This document shows positions 56,101-64,000 of a stretch of DNA of 64,000 nucleotides, in pieces (position 1 is the first letter of the stretch; each line of letters opens with the position of its first letter). The notes below the pieces were generated by a model. It was not told the origin of the DNA and ran no database searches. It saw only the letters and a program-made list of their open reading frames with translations. The stretch lies in IMG/VR virus record IMGVR_UViG_3300017987_000001, positions 1 through 64,000 of that record. One strand, written 5' to 3'. The position numbers and the translations under genes are program-made.

Positions 56101-56297
56101 TGATAGCCCGAGAATGTAACCGTGCGCGCGTTCCCGTTCGTGTTCAGCACGCAGCCGCCGGGCGCGTTCTCGTTGAAAATGACGTGGTCGGATAGTGTGG
56201 GTATGGCTCCCGCAGGCGTACTAAGGCTGGCGTCCGTGTACCACTTGGTGGTATCGGACCAGTTGTCGCCGTTGCCACCCCAGTACAGCGTTGCCAT
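53112..56297 (-). CDS. large virion/tail fibre protein with BACON/Ig-like units, poly-Ser and C-terminal collagen-like repeat
   Basis: YW.G....WSD..KW N-terminus, repeated P.WL units, SSSS linker, (G-x-S)n tail. Confidence 0.7.
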   Translation of the reverse strand: MATLYWGGNGDNWSDTTKWYTDASLSTPAGAIPTLSDHVIFNENAPGGCVLNTNGNARTVTFSGYQYQIAPDADGTRNFLVSGQDGDISDMRNIGGGEPFDTSTNRINSFALSMFAAYPNAAVTVRLPRGTIRSNIIACLLNGTGQTIDLYPYDQGDDPTEHVFVAEVTNYLSVGSGVVAADGGTINFHGNFDISAELRVSHTGAAGKTVDIVVKPPIGGIALQEGVKCRDFQRFGATTADITISVEAGALLTLSEDATGGSNVDFTNVEIDCANGSLVELHAALTHGRTYTFGTGDSSVYNFYDLTIRDVAGAGGIAPQDMTIAKTGAQLYVRNKLSFKATSGDFLVHLPNDGSNPSEGPGYAWIAAKEIDAQGQGTRCPLTLTARPWIAAAANDVTLTAETTPKPEYARFSDVNTTLKSKNGIDGKNWEAGSDTNTVAACTGISSSGTDFNGCPDTPTRVGTYFRNPWPPQPIIQFDAVYGDPAPPMETIHVTPEPGATDTLLDAVVSKPGWLDLTRIGSGDDQYLNFQPNTTELAPENSPYEAIIQISVPNALNTPRKYYVRYDIEPAPTFEIDNLPIQFVTPLGVQPDEQIIPVYDKYWPESVPIGSPITVQDVPAWLTASFTESRYQDRVGYLHVRPTVAGVTVPQGLYQGTFKICAPDNSDSSSSFHSSSSPGCAIELDVPVNLYIQAPVLGVEDVSATFIAGEDTSLTIRVPVTNIGDFILDPIAVSSLGTWLSVDSYGGSGNDQYVDLTVDIGVMTGLADPPASSYSQDIDVSAANAYAEGQTQLSTIIPATVTITVNWEESELYDYNPRSIYFEPTADWQIPLPQYVLFNLVRGTGKEAISVITGDPAYPIPYWLQYTINDDSPNYENQVLTLFPTEVPFSDNEEDYRTTLKIRTRSDVDDPYTYAAEVFAYLPVEFAMPAYWRRAGCEIPYVRRITGALVEDCDIPVPPEPVILCCPPVPGGGGGESGQSGESGESGQSGESGESGESGQSGQSGQSGQSGQSGASGQSGESGLSGASGLSGASGLSGASGLSGTSGQSGASGSCCVSGTA
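53137..53375 (-). repeat. collagen-like (G-[E/Q/A/L/T]-S)n tandem repeat, 9-nt period
   Basis: GESGQSGESGESGQS...GASGLSGASGLS, about 26 triplets. Confidence 0.9.
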
Positions 56298-57367
56298 CAG
56301 ACATCGACCTCACAAATACCTTCATCCTCGAAGCGAACCACAATACGATTCTTGTCGGGCTGCGGGTCAATCACGACCCCCGGACCGCCGACAAGCTGCA
56401 ATTGATCCACTCCAAAGCCAACACCATTCAGAGCGAACACGAGGCCATCACACGTCACACAGCTGTTCGGGCTGAGATCGCCCGTTGGCGTCATGCGTAG
56501 ATCCTCGCACTGCATCCCTTCACCTTCGTCCACGCCTGCACCAAGCGTAATTGCGTTCTGCAGCTCGTCCACCTCAACCAAGAAATTGTATCCAGCCTTG
56601 ATCGCTACGTCACCAAGGAACAGTCCGGCTGGGAGTGGCGTGCGCTCTGGCGCGGAAACATCCGCTGGCTCAGGCTCAAGCGGATCCTCGCACGAAGCTA
56701 TTGATGAGGATGAAGATGACGATAAGGATGGCGATGAAGACGAGGATAGCGATGAAGACGAGGATAGCGATGACAAGCTGCTTGAAGAACTTGAATCGCA
56801 CGGGCATTCCGGTGGACACGGTCGTGGTTCGTTTGCCACGCTGATTCCCGCTACATGTGCCAGCATGTCCGACTGAATGACTCCCGGCTCGACCTGTGGT
56901 TGCAACACGAAGATACCATCGTCCACGCCGAAGGTAGCAACGATGATATTCACATTGCCGGTGGTCATGAAGCCCAGCCCAAGCGCGGGGTTCTCCGCTC
57001 CCGGCTGCGCGAGATCATCAGTGATTCGTGTCGGGATGGCGTACTGCGTAATGAAATTGCCGTCCGCAATATTGAACTCGAACACGAACTGGTAGCACTT
57101 TAGCGGATCCCACGTTGCCGCTGCGCCATACGCTACGCGAAACGCGAAGTACAGCTTATCCGCTGTTGCCTTCCACGCGTCGAGGTAGACCGTATCGCGC
57201 CCCGGCTCGAAGTTGCTATCAACCCCAAGCGTGAATCCTGCATCAGCGAAGATCTCGTTACCGGGCGGCTCAATCAGCCCAGCCCCGCCAAACATTGTGA
57301 AGTCCGAGCCAGCGAGAAGCGGGTAGGCGCGCTGGGTATTCTGTGTGAGCCAATCAGTCTGAGGCAT
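56297..57367 (-). CDS. virion structural protein, paralog family B, with long poly-Ser tract
   Basis: DWLTQNTQRAYPL; CPCD-S-rich-C. Confidence 0.75.
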   Translation of the reverse strand: MPQTDWLTQNTQRAYPLLAGSDFTMFGGAGLIEPPGNEIFADAGFTLGVDSNFEPGRDTVYLDAWKATADKLYFAFRVAYGAAATWDPLKCYQFVFEFNIADGNFITQYAIPTRITDDLAQPGAENPALGLGFMTTGNVNIIVATFGVDDGIFVLQPQVEPGVIQSDMLAHVAGISVANEPRPCPPECPCDSSSSSSLSSLSSSSSLSSSSSPSLSSSSSSSIASCEDPLEPEPADVSAPERTPLPAGLFLGDVAIKAGYNFLVEVDELQNAITLGAGVDEGEGMQCEDLRMTPTGDLSPNSCVTCDGLVFALNGVGFGVDQLQLVGGPGVVIDPQPDKNRIVVRFEDEGICEVDV

Positions 57368-58206
57368 TACGTCCCCCTGAGCCGACGCTCGCCAAGCATT
57401 TCGATCTTCACCGTCGCTACCTTGAGCGACGTCTCACCCTCAAGGTGCTCCGTGACATCCGACCCCGACTCGGACCCCGGCGTGATACGCAGGATCGGCG
57501 TCAGCGACTGGTTGCTGCCTACGATGAGCTGAAAATTTCCCTTCCCGTCCGGTGTAATGCCGTTGAGTGTCTTGATCGGGCAGTACGGCCGCAGCGCTGG
57601 CAGCTCCTCGTTCGCGTCCGATTCGGCACACAGCTTTCGATTGGCAAACGGGTCACCAATCACGTCGATACGTAGGTCGGAGCCATCACGACGGATCACC
57701 ACGCCATCCTCGCCCACCAGCCACACGTTCCCCGTCACCAGCTCGCCCGACGGGAGAATGAAGCCACGAACACCGGCCTCGGGCTGAGGTACGTTCACTG
57801 CCGCCGCGAACTCGGTCTGGCTGAGCAGGAACGTGTACACACCAACATTGACACCTGAGAAGGACTGCAATGCCGTCTTGCTGGAAACCAATACGCCAGC
57901 AGGTCGCCCGTACGTATCAAAGAAGGCAAGCTGTCCATTCTCCGGGATATCGGTCAGCTCAAAGGATGCGGTAGCTAGCTCGTCTGTACCTGTCGCACGA
58001 ATCGCGAACGTGATCTCGTTGGTGTCCTTGGTGATCCGGCTCAGGTACAGCTGCTCGTTGCCGCCGATCGGGTACAGCCGCCCATCCACGAACAGATCAT
58101 CGGGGATATCGAGCGTGCCATTCGACGCAGGTACGTGGTCCGCGAAGGGGTACTTTCTCCGCGAGTTCGTGTCACGCCAGTCGTGGAAGCGAACACCGAG
58201 AGCCAT
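57367..58206 (-). CDS. virion structural protein, paralog family B
   Basis: DWRDTNSRRKYPF; IKTLNGITPDGKGN. Confidence 0.75.
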   Translation of the reverse strand: MALGVRFHDWRDTNSRRKYPFADHVPASNGTLDIPDDLFVDGRLYPIGGNEQLYLSRITKDTNEITFAIRATGTDELATASFELTDIPENGQLAFFDTYGRPAGVLVSSKTALQSFSGVNVGVYTFLLSQTEFAAAVNVPQPEAGVRGFILPSGELVTGNVWLVGEDGVVIRRDGSDLRIDVIGDPFANRKLCAESDANEELPALRPYCPIKTLNGITPDGKGNFQLIVGSNQSLTPILRITPGSESGSDVTEHLEGETSLKVATVKIEMLGERRLRGT

Positions 58207-58208
58207 AG

Positions 58209-59876
58209 CTAGATCCCAAAGACACCGAAATTATCGTAGTGCGCTTCACATCCTACAGCGCCCACACCACATATGCCAGATAGATCGAAACCAGTGACGA
58301 GTTTGGCCGTATTGAACGGATCCGTGGGGTTCGGGAACCCCTGTCCGCTCCTGTTCCAGTACCACTCAACCGTAACAAGCTTCAGCTCGCTGGCCGCCTC
58401 AACCGGCTCAACTCGCACATCCACACGCACGTCGACATCGATCACTCCGTCCGAGGAGATGATGCCAGCTCCGGCGTCCATGTCCGGAGCGCCCGATAGG
58501 TCGAACTGGTAGCCGAACTCCAGCCCATACGGCCAAGCATCGAGCGAGCTTCCGAGATCTCCGGTCTTGTGCCCGAAGTAGAGCAGACCATTCGTAGCGC
58601 GCTCCGTATTGACGCTGACTCCGGCGTACCAGAAGTCGTCGAGGCCCTTGTAGCCGAAGATCACGTGGCCGTTCGCAGCAGCGCTGAACGGGCGGATCAC
58701 GCTGAACGTGCGGTATCCGATCGTGTCCACCTTCGGTACGCGTGGGACCACGATCACCGACGGGGCGTCGCTCTCCGTACAATAGAGCCGTGAGATGCCG
58801 GAAGTAGCCTCCGACGGTTCGACCTCCTTGATCGACCAGATCCCCTGCTGCGGTATCATCCATTCGAACGTGCGCTCCGGATCGGTGAAGTCGTCGAAGT
58901 ACGAGTCGTACACCGGCTCCGGGGTTGCGGATGACGACGACGGAGGGATCTCGGATGACGAGGAGTCCGACGACTCGCTGGACGATGGCTGTTCCTCGCA
59001 CAGATCGTTCGGGTCGTAGCGCTCCGGGTCGAACTCGGTACATACGTCGTCCAGCCCGATAGGGACATCAACCACAAGCCCTGCGTCGACGCCCGTAAGC
59101 TGCGCGTCGAGACCCTCAAAGATGATGTCCACGTTCCCATCACAGTCAGGCGGCACGCCATTGATCGTCAGGAACGCCTTACCCTGCTCGCACGTCTCAT
59201 CTTCGGGGCGTGTCCCGCAGGCTCCGGCATACTCCCGGAGCTTCTCCGCAGCCTCCGTGGTCAGATCGAGGCCGATGGTAATCACGTTGCGCTTGCGTCC
59301 GTTGATCGTGCGCACACTCTTGTTGATCACGATGTCGTCGCCCGCGAAGAGCTGTACGAGGCCGGTCAGCTCCGTGAGGCGCCCGGCCTTCTTGAGCGAG
59401 GATACCGGGTAGTCCCGATAGCTTCGCGCGGCTTTGGCGTCGAGCACCGATTGGCTAGCCTCCGTGAACCGGAACGCGAGATTGTCGTTCTCCTCCACGT
59501 CGCTGCCGAACGCCACCCAGCCCGCAACACCCGGGTAGAGCGGCGTGATCGGGTAATTTTTGAACGCGTCCAACGGTCTCGTCACCACGATCGAGGCGAG
59601 CGGTACGAATCCAGCGCCGGATGAGGACGACTGCCCGGCGGAGCTGAAGGGGTCTTCGTCGGTTGCGAGGAACGTAACGCTGACCAATCCGGGCGTCACG
59701 ACCAGCGAGCTGACGAACACGAAGCGTCCGGCCGACTCGGGTACCATGATATTGGCATCCGCAATCAGGCCATCAGGCATGACGGCTCCGGTCGCCGACT
59801 GCTTCGACGCGTAGTCGTGCAGCGGGTAGTTCCGCAGCTCGTTCGTATTCGACCAGCCTGTGAATACCGTAGGCAT
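58209..59876 (-). CDS. virion structural protein, paralog family B, with lectin-like C-terminal domain
   Basis: GWSNTNELRNYPL; LTINGVPPDCDGN; Ser-rich linker. Confidence 0.75.
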   Translation of the reverse strand: MPTVFTGWSNTNELRNYPLHDYASKQSATGAVMPDGLIADANIMVPESAGRFVFVSSLVVTPGLVSVTFLATDEDPFSSAGQSSSSGAGFVPLASIVVTRPLDAFKNYPITPLYPGVAGWVAFGSDVEENDNLAFRFTEASQSVLDAKAARSYRDYPVSSLKKAGRLTELTGLVQLFAGDDIVINKSVRTINGRKRNVITIGLDLTTEAAEKLREYAGACGTRPEDETCEQGKAFLTINGVPPDCDGNVDIIFEGLDAQLTGVDAGLVVDVPIGLDDVCTEFDPERYDPNDLCEEQPSSSESSDSSSSEIPPSSSSATPEPVYDSYFDDFTDPERTFEWMIPQQGIWSIKEVEPSEATSGISRLYCTESDAPSVIVVPRVPKVDTIGYRTFSVIRPFSAAANGHVIFGYKGLDDFWYAGVSVNTERATNGLLYFGHKTGDLGSSLDAWPYGLEFGYQFDLSGAPDMDAGAGIISSDGVIDVDVRVDVRVEPVEAASELKLVTVEWYWNRSGQGFPNPTDPFNTAKLVTGFDLSGICGVGAVGCEAHYDNFGVFGI

Positions 59877-59877
59877 G

Positions 59878-61323
59878 CTACACCGATATCGAAGCCGAGC
59901 CGCTTAGTGCCTCGGCATTAGACCCAGAGGTGATAACGGTGACCTCCACCGTCTCGCCCGTGATGTCACCCAGCGTGAACTGTCCGACCCAATACAGCAT
60001 CGTATGCGGCTGCACCTCCATGTTGTTCACTTCGATCACCGGCTCCCAGTCCGTGGACATGTCGGGATTGAGTGGCATTGCCGCAGAACTCGAACTGACC
60101 ACGCGCCCGGAGTTCGCTACGTAGCTGAGTGACTTACCTTCAATCTCGTCGAACGTCAGGTTGAACGTCATCGGATCCGTATCCCAGTCGGTAGCCGGAT
60201 TGACCACGTTCTCCGTGTCATTCAGGTATGCGATCGTGACCGTGACGACCTGCGAGTCGTTCACCGCCAGCGATAGGATCGACGGTCCGCTGCGGTTCTT
60301 GTATGTGTCAATGAGGCTGGTGACTGCGCCGCGCAGCGCATTGATCTGGTCTGACACGACCTTCGCGCGATCCCAGATGCCCTGCAGGTGCAGGTACGTA
60401 TCGACGTACGCCTCGCACGAGCAGCACGGGCCGCAGCCGTTCTTGATCTGCAGCTCATTCGGCTTGAGCGTCGCGTTGTAGCGGATCCCGTGGGAGCCGT
60501 CCGCCGACACAGGCTCTCCTTCGAGCGCGCGCTCCAGCCAGTAGCACTCGATCGGCTTCAGCTGTGTGTCGCCCTGCTGGTTCGGCCCAACACCGTTGAG
60601 CGTCAGGAGGTAAAGCGAGCCGGGGCACAGGAGGTACTGGCCGCGTCCGGCCCCCGGGACCGCGTTGATGGCAACGCGCGTCTGCGGACGCCCCTCCTGC
60701 ACCGTAAAGGTCTCGGCTTGGAACCCCGTCGTCTCTTCCTCCTGCTGCTCAATCTCCATGTTGAAACCAGCCTGCAAAACCAGCTCTTCGCCCCTATCGG
60801 CCACCAGCTCCAGCGTGCTCCCGCGCTTCCAGTAGACGCGGCGAACCTCGTTCGGTCCCTGCTTCACGACCGACGGCTGGAACGGGACGTCTCCGTAGAG
60901 ATCCTCCATCTGGATGTAATAGGTGCCCGCGAGATCCTCCACCGCCGACGTAGGGAAGACCATGCGAACGGACGTGGTCTCACCTGCCGCCATGTCCGTC
61001 TCATCGGCGAACCAGTCGACGACGATCCACGTGCCATACGCGTAGGCTTTCGCATACGCCGTACCTACAATGGCAACCTCCTCGCCAGCGGTCTCCCACT
61101 CCATGCGGATCTCTGCAGTGGTGAGGGTAGCGAAGTCGGCAGATGCCGAGCGCAGGTCGACCTTCGTCAGCTTCAGCGTGTCGTCGCGCTGGTCGACCGT
61201 CCTGATCTGAGCACCGGCGCAGAACGGCGCCACGTCCCCCGCAGCGGACAGGCGTTCGATCTGAACGCTCTCCTTGAAGGGGTACGGAATCTGAAGGTTG
61301 CTCGACAGGAACTCAAATCCCAT
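59878..61323 (-). CDS. virion structural protein, paralog family B
   Basis: EFLSSNLQIPYPF; LTLNGVGPN; PCCSC. Confidence 0.75.
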   Translation of the reverse strand: MGFEFLSSNLQIPYPFKESVQIERLSAAGDVAPFCAGAQIRTVDQRDDTLKLTKVDLRSASADFATLTTAEIRMEWETAGEEVAIVGTAYAKAYAYGTWIVVDWFADETDMAAGETTSVRMVFPTSAVEDLAGTYYIQMEDLYGDVPFQPSVVKQGPNEVRRVYWKRGSTLELVADRGEELVLQAGFNMEIEQQEEETTGFQAETFTVQEGRPQTRVAINAVPGAGRGQYLLCPGSLYLLTLNGVGPNQQGDTQLKPIECYWLERALEGEPVSADGSHGIRYNATLKPNELQIKNGCGPCCSCEAYVDTYLHLQGIWDRAKVVSDQINALRGAVTSLIDTYKNRSGPSILSLAVNDSQVVTVTIAYLNDTENVVNPATDWDTDPMTFNLTFDEIEGKSLSYVANSGRVVSSSSAAMPLNPDMSTDWEPVIEVNNMEVQPHTMLYWVGQFTLGDITGETVEVTVITSGSNAEALSGSASISV

Positions 61324-61326
61324 AGC

Positions 61327-62265
61327 TTACCCTGAGCACGTTCCGAGTGTGGTCATCAGCGTCTGCATGATCGCTACGACGCCTTCCAGTCTGGAGGCGA
61401 GGTTCTCCAGCGTCTGGACCTGATCACGCATCCTGTTCTGATCATCCACGAGCGTTTCGAGTTCGGGGCATCCGCAGCACGGCTTCGAGCAGACGTCCGA
61501 GATCTCTACCGCGTTCTCATCGGCTTTCGCCTCAGGGACAAGACAGTCGTCGCCAAGGAGATTGATGTTCCCCAGCGCATCCGGTGGGACATTGTTGATC
61601 GTGCGAATAGCCGGAGTCGCGGCTGCCTCCCCCTCGCAGACACAATCGGCGATCGTACCCTCGCCGTCGATTGCGCTGAACTGCAGAACGGTCACGCCGT
61701 TGAAGTTGGACTTCGTGATGCGGAAGTTCGAGCCAGCTTCGAAGGCGATATCGCCCTGATACAACTCTCCGAGATCGTCGCCGTCGAGAATGCGCATCCC
61801 GGCAACGCCCCGGATATCTGGAACGACAACCGTCGATTCGATACGTCCGCCCGCCAGTGCGAACGCGAAAACGCCCGGAGTCAGCAGGACAGTGTCGAGT
61901 GTTCCGATCACGACCTTGCCCGTCACGCCTTCGAAGTCATCGTCACCCTCGATCGTGAACGTATCGAATCGCTCGAACGTCGAGGTCTGGATCGATACGC
62001 GCCCGAGCAACGACGCTTGCGTACCCGTCCAGTACGAGATCTCCATCACCACGCCAGTACCGAAAACCGACAATTGCGACAGGTAGAAGTTCGCGGGGCT
62101 GTAGTTGAGGCCGCCGTTCACCGAGATCACCATGTCGGCGAGGAAATTGTTCGGTAGCGTGTATGTTGACGTCGTGTCCTGCCGCGTGGCAGCCTCGCTG
62201 AGCGGATACGCGCGCAGCTCGTTCTGATTCAGCCAGCCGACGTTAACAACGCCCTGCGCAGGCAT
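61327..62265 (-). CDS. virion structural protein, paralog family B
   Basis: GWLNQNELRAYPL; IRTINNVPPD..GN; PCCGC.EL plus coiled coil. Confidence 0.75.
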   Translation of the reverse strand: MPAQGVVNVGWLNQNELRAYPLSEAATRQDTTSTYTLPNNFLADMVISVNGGLNYSPANFYLSQLSVFGTGVVMEISYWTGTQASLLGRVSIQTSTFERFDTFTIEGDDDFEGVTGKVVIGTLDTVLLTPGVFAFALAGGRIESTVVVPDIRGVAGMRILDGDDLGELYQGDIAFEAGSNFRITKSNFNGVTVLQFSAIDGEGTIADCVCEGEAAATPAIRTINNVPPDALGNINLLGDDCLVPEAKADENAVEISDVCSKPCCGCPELETLVDDQNRMRDQVQTLENLASRLEGVVAIMQTLMTTLGTCSG

Positions 62266-62277
62266 AGGAACTCCTCG

Positions 62278-63999
62278 TTACGTTTTGACGACGCGTGCTC
62301 CGAAGCGCATGATGCCGAAGCCGTCGGACGGGCCGCCAGTGCCATCCCATCCAATTGTGAAGTCCACTGTATCGCCCATCGCCACGCTGAAGAAGTCCGT
62401 TTCTGCCGGACCATACTCACCTGCGGCAAGGGTCAACCCCGGCGTCCAGTCGCCACCGCCGCCTTCGATATCCGTGTCCGCAACCGGAAGGGCGGTAGCT
62501 GCTGTCGGCTGCGCGTAGCGACGGTACGTCGCTTCCAGCGCGGGGATGGCCCCGGCAGAGCGGCCTACGAACCAGAACCACAGCTGCAGCTCTAGTGGGC
62601 TGGACAGACCGAGGCGGGGGATCTCGACCCGCCCACGCATGCTCGAAGGACGCCCTGCCGGGAAATGGAGGTAATAGAACAGATTCGCACTGTCGTATGC
62701 CTCAAGGATGTCATTCAGCGCGACGATCGTGATCTGGTATTCTTTCGGATCCCCGGTTGTGTCTTCGAGCTGGACCTGCAGATCTCCATGGTAGAAGCCT
62801 TCGTCGTCTACCGACCAATCGGTATCTTCCGTGCCGACGCCGACCACTTCCGCGCCCGTACCGGCCTTCAGCCCGATCACGGCCGGACCGCGCTGGACCT
62901 TGTCGGTGCTGAAGCTCTTGACTACGGCGATGCCCGCAACAGGCTCTTCGACCTCCAAGAGGCTGAGGTCGAGGTAGCTGAAGATCCTGCCTGCGCTGGC
63001 CTCATTGCCGTCACAGTCCACGTACCGAATCGGCGTGGTGTCGCTGAGCGGAGACAGCTCGTTGACCACGTTCGGATCGGTCTTGTAGACCATCTTCGAG
63101 TACCACAGAATGAGCCGCTTCTCGTCGAGCCACGTGTCGTCGAGGCCGAGGTACTCAAGCGGCGTGTGACAATGGTACTCCGGCTCCCCGGAAGAGGTCG
63201 AGGGGTCCGGGCCGAACGACTGCGAGGATGAGGACGACTCACACTCGGGGTAGCTCGGCGCCCACGGAGCCGCACCGTAACAGTTCTCCATCCACCACAG
63301 CCCACTGCAGTCGATGATCGCCGTCGGGCGCTCTGTGGCATTGATCGGCAGTCCGTAGCCGTTCTGCTCCAGATAGACGCTGCCACTCGGGTTCGGCGGC
63401 CACACCTTCTGCAGTTCCGGATGCTGCGCGAGGTTGTAGCCGAACTTGGCACCGTCCGGAGCTGCGCCTTGGAACAGCGGGTGATCGGCCGGTAGCCAGC
63501 CCTGCTGGGTCGGGTCCGGGTCGACCACCTGATGAACTTGGCCGTCCCCCCGCACGACGCAGTTCGCCTCGCCTGCGGGCTTGGCGTACAGCTCAAACTT
63601 GTAGTGCACGTGATCTTCGAGCAGGTCACGCGGCGTCGGCATGAAGTGGAACGTGTCGTCGCCACGATTGTAGAGCACGTAGACGCTGATGGCGGGCTTC
63701 TGCAGCGTCAGCTTACCCGGCGTCTGCATCGATAGGAAGTACGGACCTACCTCGTCCGGACCGCCGTTGACGATCGCGTTCGTCAGGTCGAAGTCGCGCA
63801 GCGTACCAGCCGTCAGGATGTGGCCCGCTTCCGTACCAGTCTTCGCGTACACCATACCGACAACGAAGGCGGACGGTGCGAGCATGTACCAGCCCGCCGT
63901 CTGGTTGAACTCGACGGCAGCCAGCGCGCGCTTGTACCCGTTGTAGGTCTCGTCGAAGTAGACGAGATCGCCCGGAGCCGCGTCGGCTTCGATCTTCTG
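62278..63999 (-). CDS. virion structural (tail/baseplate-like) protein, 5'-partial
   Basis: Frame stays open to the window end; Ser-rich linker ECESSSSSQS. Confidence 0.7.
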   Translation of the reverse strand, partial: QKIEADAAPGDLVYFDETYNGYKRALAAVEFNQTAGWYMLAPSAFVVGMVYAKTGTEAGHILTAGTLRDFDLTNAIVNGGPDEVGPYFLSMQTPGKLTLQKPAISVYVLYNRGDDTFHFMPTPRDLLEDHVHYKFELYAKPAGEANCVVRGDGQVHQVVDPDPTQQGWLPADHPLFQGAAPDGAKFGYNLAQHPELQKVWPPNPSGSVYLEQNGYGLPINATERPTAIIDCSGLWWMENCYGAAPWAPSYPECESSSSSQSFGPDPSTSSGEPEYHCHTPLEYLGLDDTWLDEKRLILWYSKMVYKTDPNVVNELSPLSDTTPIRYVDCDGNEASAGRIFSYLDLSLLEVEEPVAGIAVVKSFSTDKVQRGPAVIGLKAGTGAEVVGVGTEDTDWSVDDEGFYHGDLQVQLEDTTGDPKEYQITIVALNDILEAYDSANLFYYLHFPAGRPSSMRGRVEIPRLGLSSPLELQLWFWFVGRSAGAIPALEATYRRYAQPTAATALPVADTDIEGGGGDWTPGLTLAAGEYGPAETDFFSVAMGDTVDFTIGWDGTGGPSDGFGIMRFGARVVKT

Positions 64000-64000
64000 G

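Noticed and set aside
1-64000. Alternative genetic code (stop recoding)
   Set aside because: Conserved genes are full length in code 11 and end in TAA, TAG and TGA; no suppressor tRNA was seen.

Overview
GC-rich segment of a large dsDNA tailed (jumbo-type) phage genome in the standard genetic code, with most genes on the minus strand. From left to right: (i) a 7-tRNA cluster (CAT, Trp, Lys and four Ser isoacceptors) interleaved with tiny ORFs and preceded by a compact structured element; (ii) SbcCD/Mre11-Rad50, a Pif1 helicase, an HD small alarmone hydrolase, UDP-glucose dehydrogenase and about 40 small accessory ORFs; (iii) a HUH Rep-like protein and RNase H; (iv) a complete phage-encoded ubiquitin-like conjugation operon (Ubl, E2-like, JAB, E1/ThiF) downstream of an atypical AAA+/vWA pair; (v) terminase large subunit, a primase-like protein and putative head-associated genes; (vi) a Ro60/TROVE gene followed by a ~340-nt highly structured non-coding region with a Y-RNA-like terminal stem; (vii) five glycosyltransferases next to a block of Cys-rich, poly-Ser-containing virion/tail proteins. 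Two short peptide motifs recur in otherwise unrelated proteins: a C-terminal GDALxRL in seven small ORFs, and xGF[A/G] in the disordered tails of the Ubl-pathway proteins. All calls come from manual motif reading; no database searches were run.
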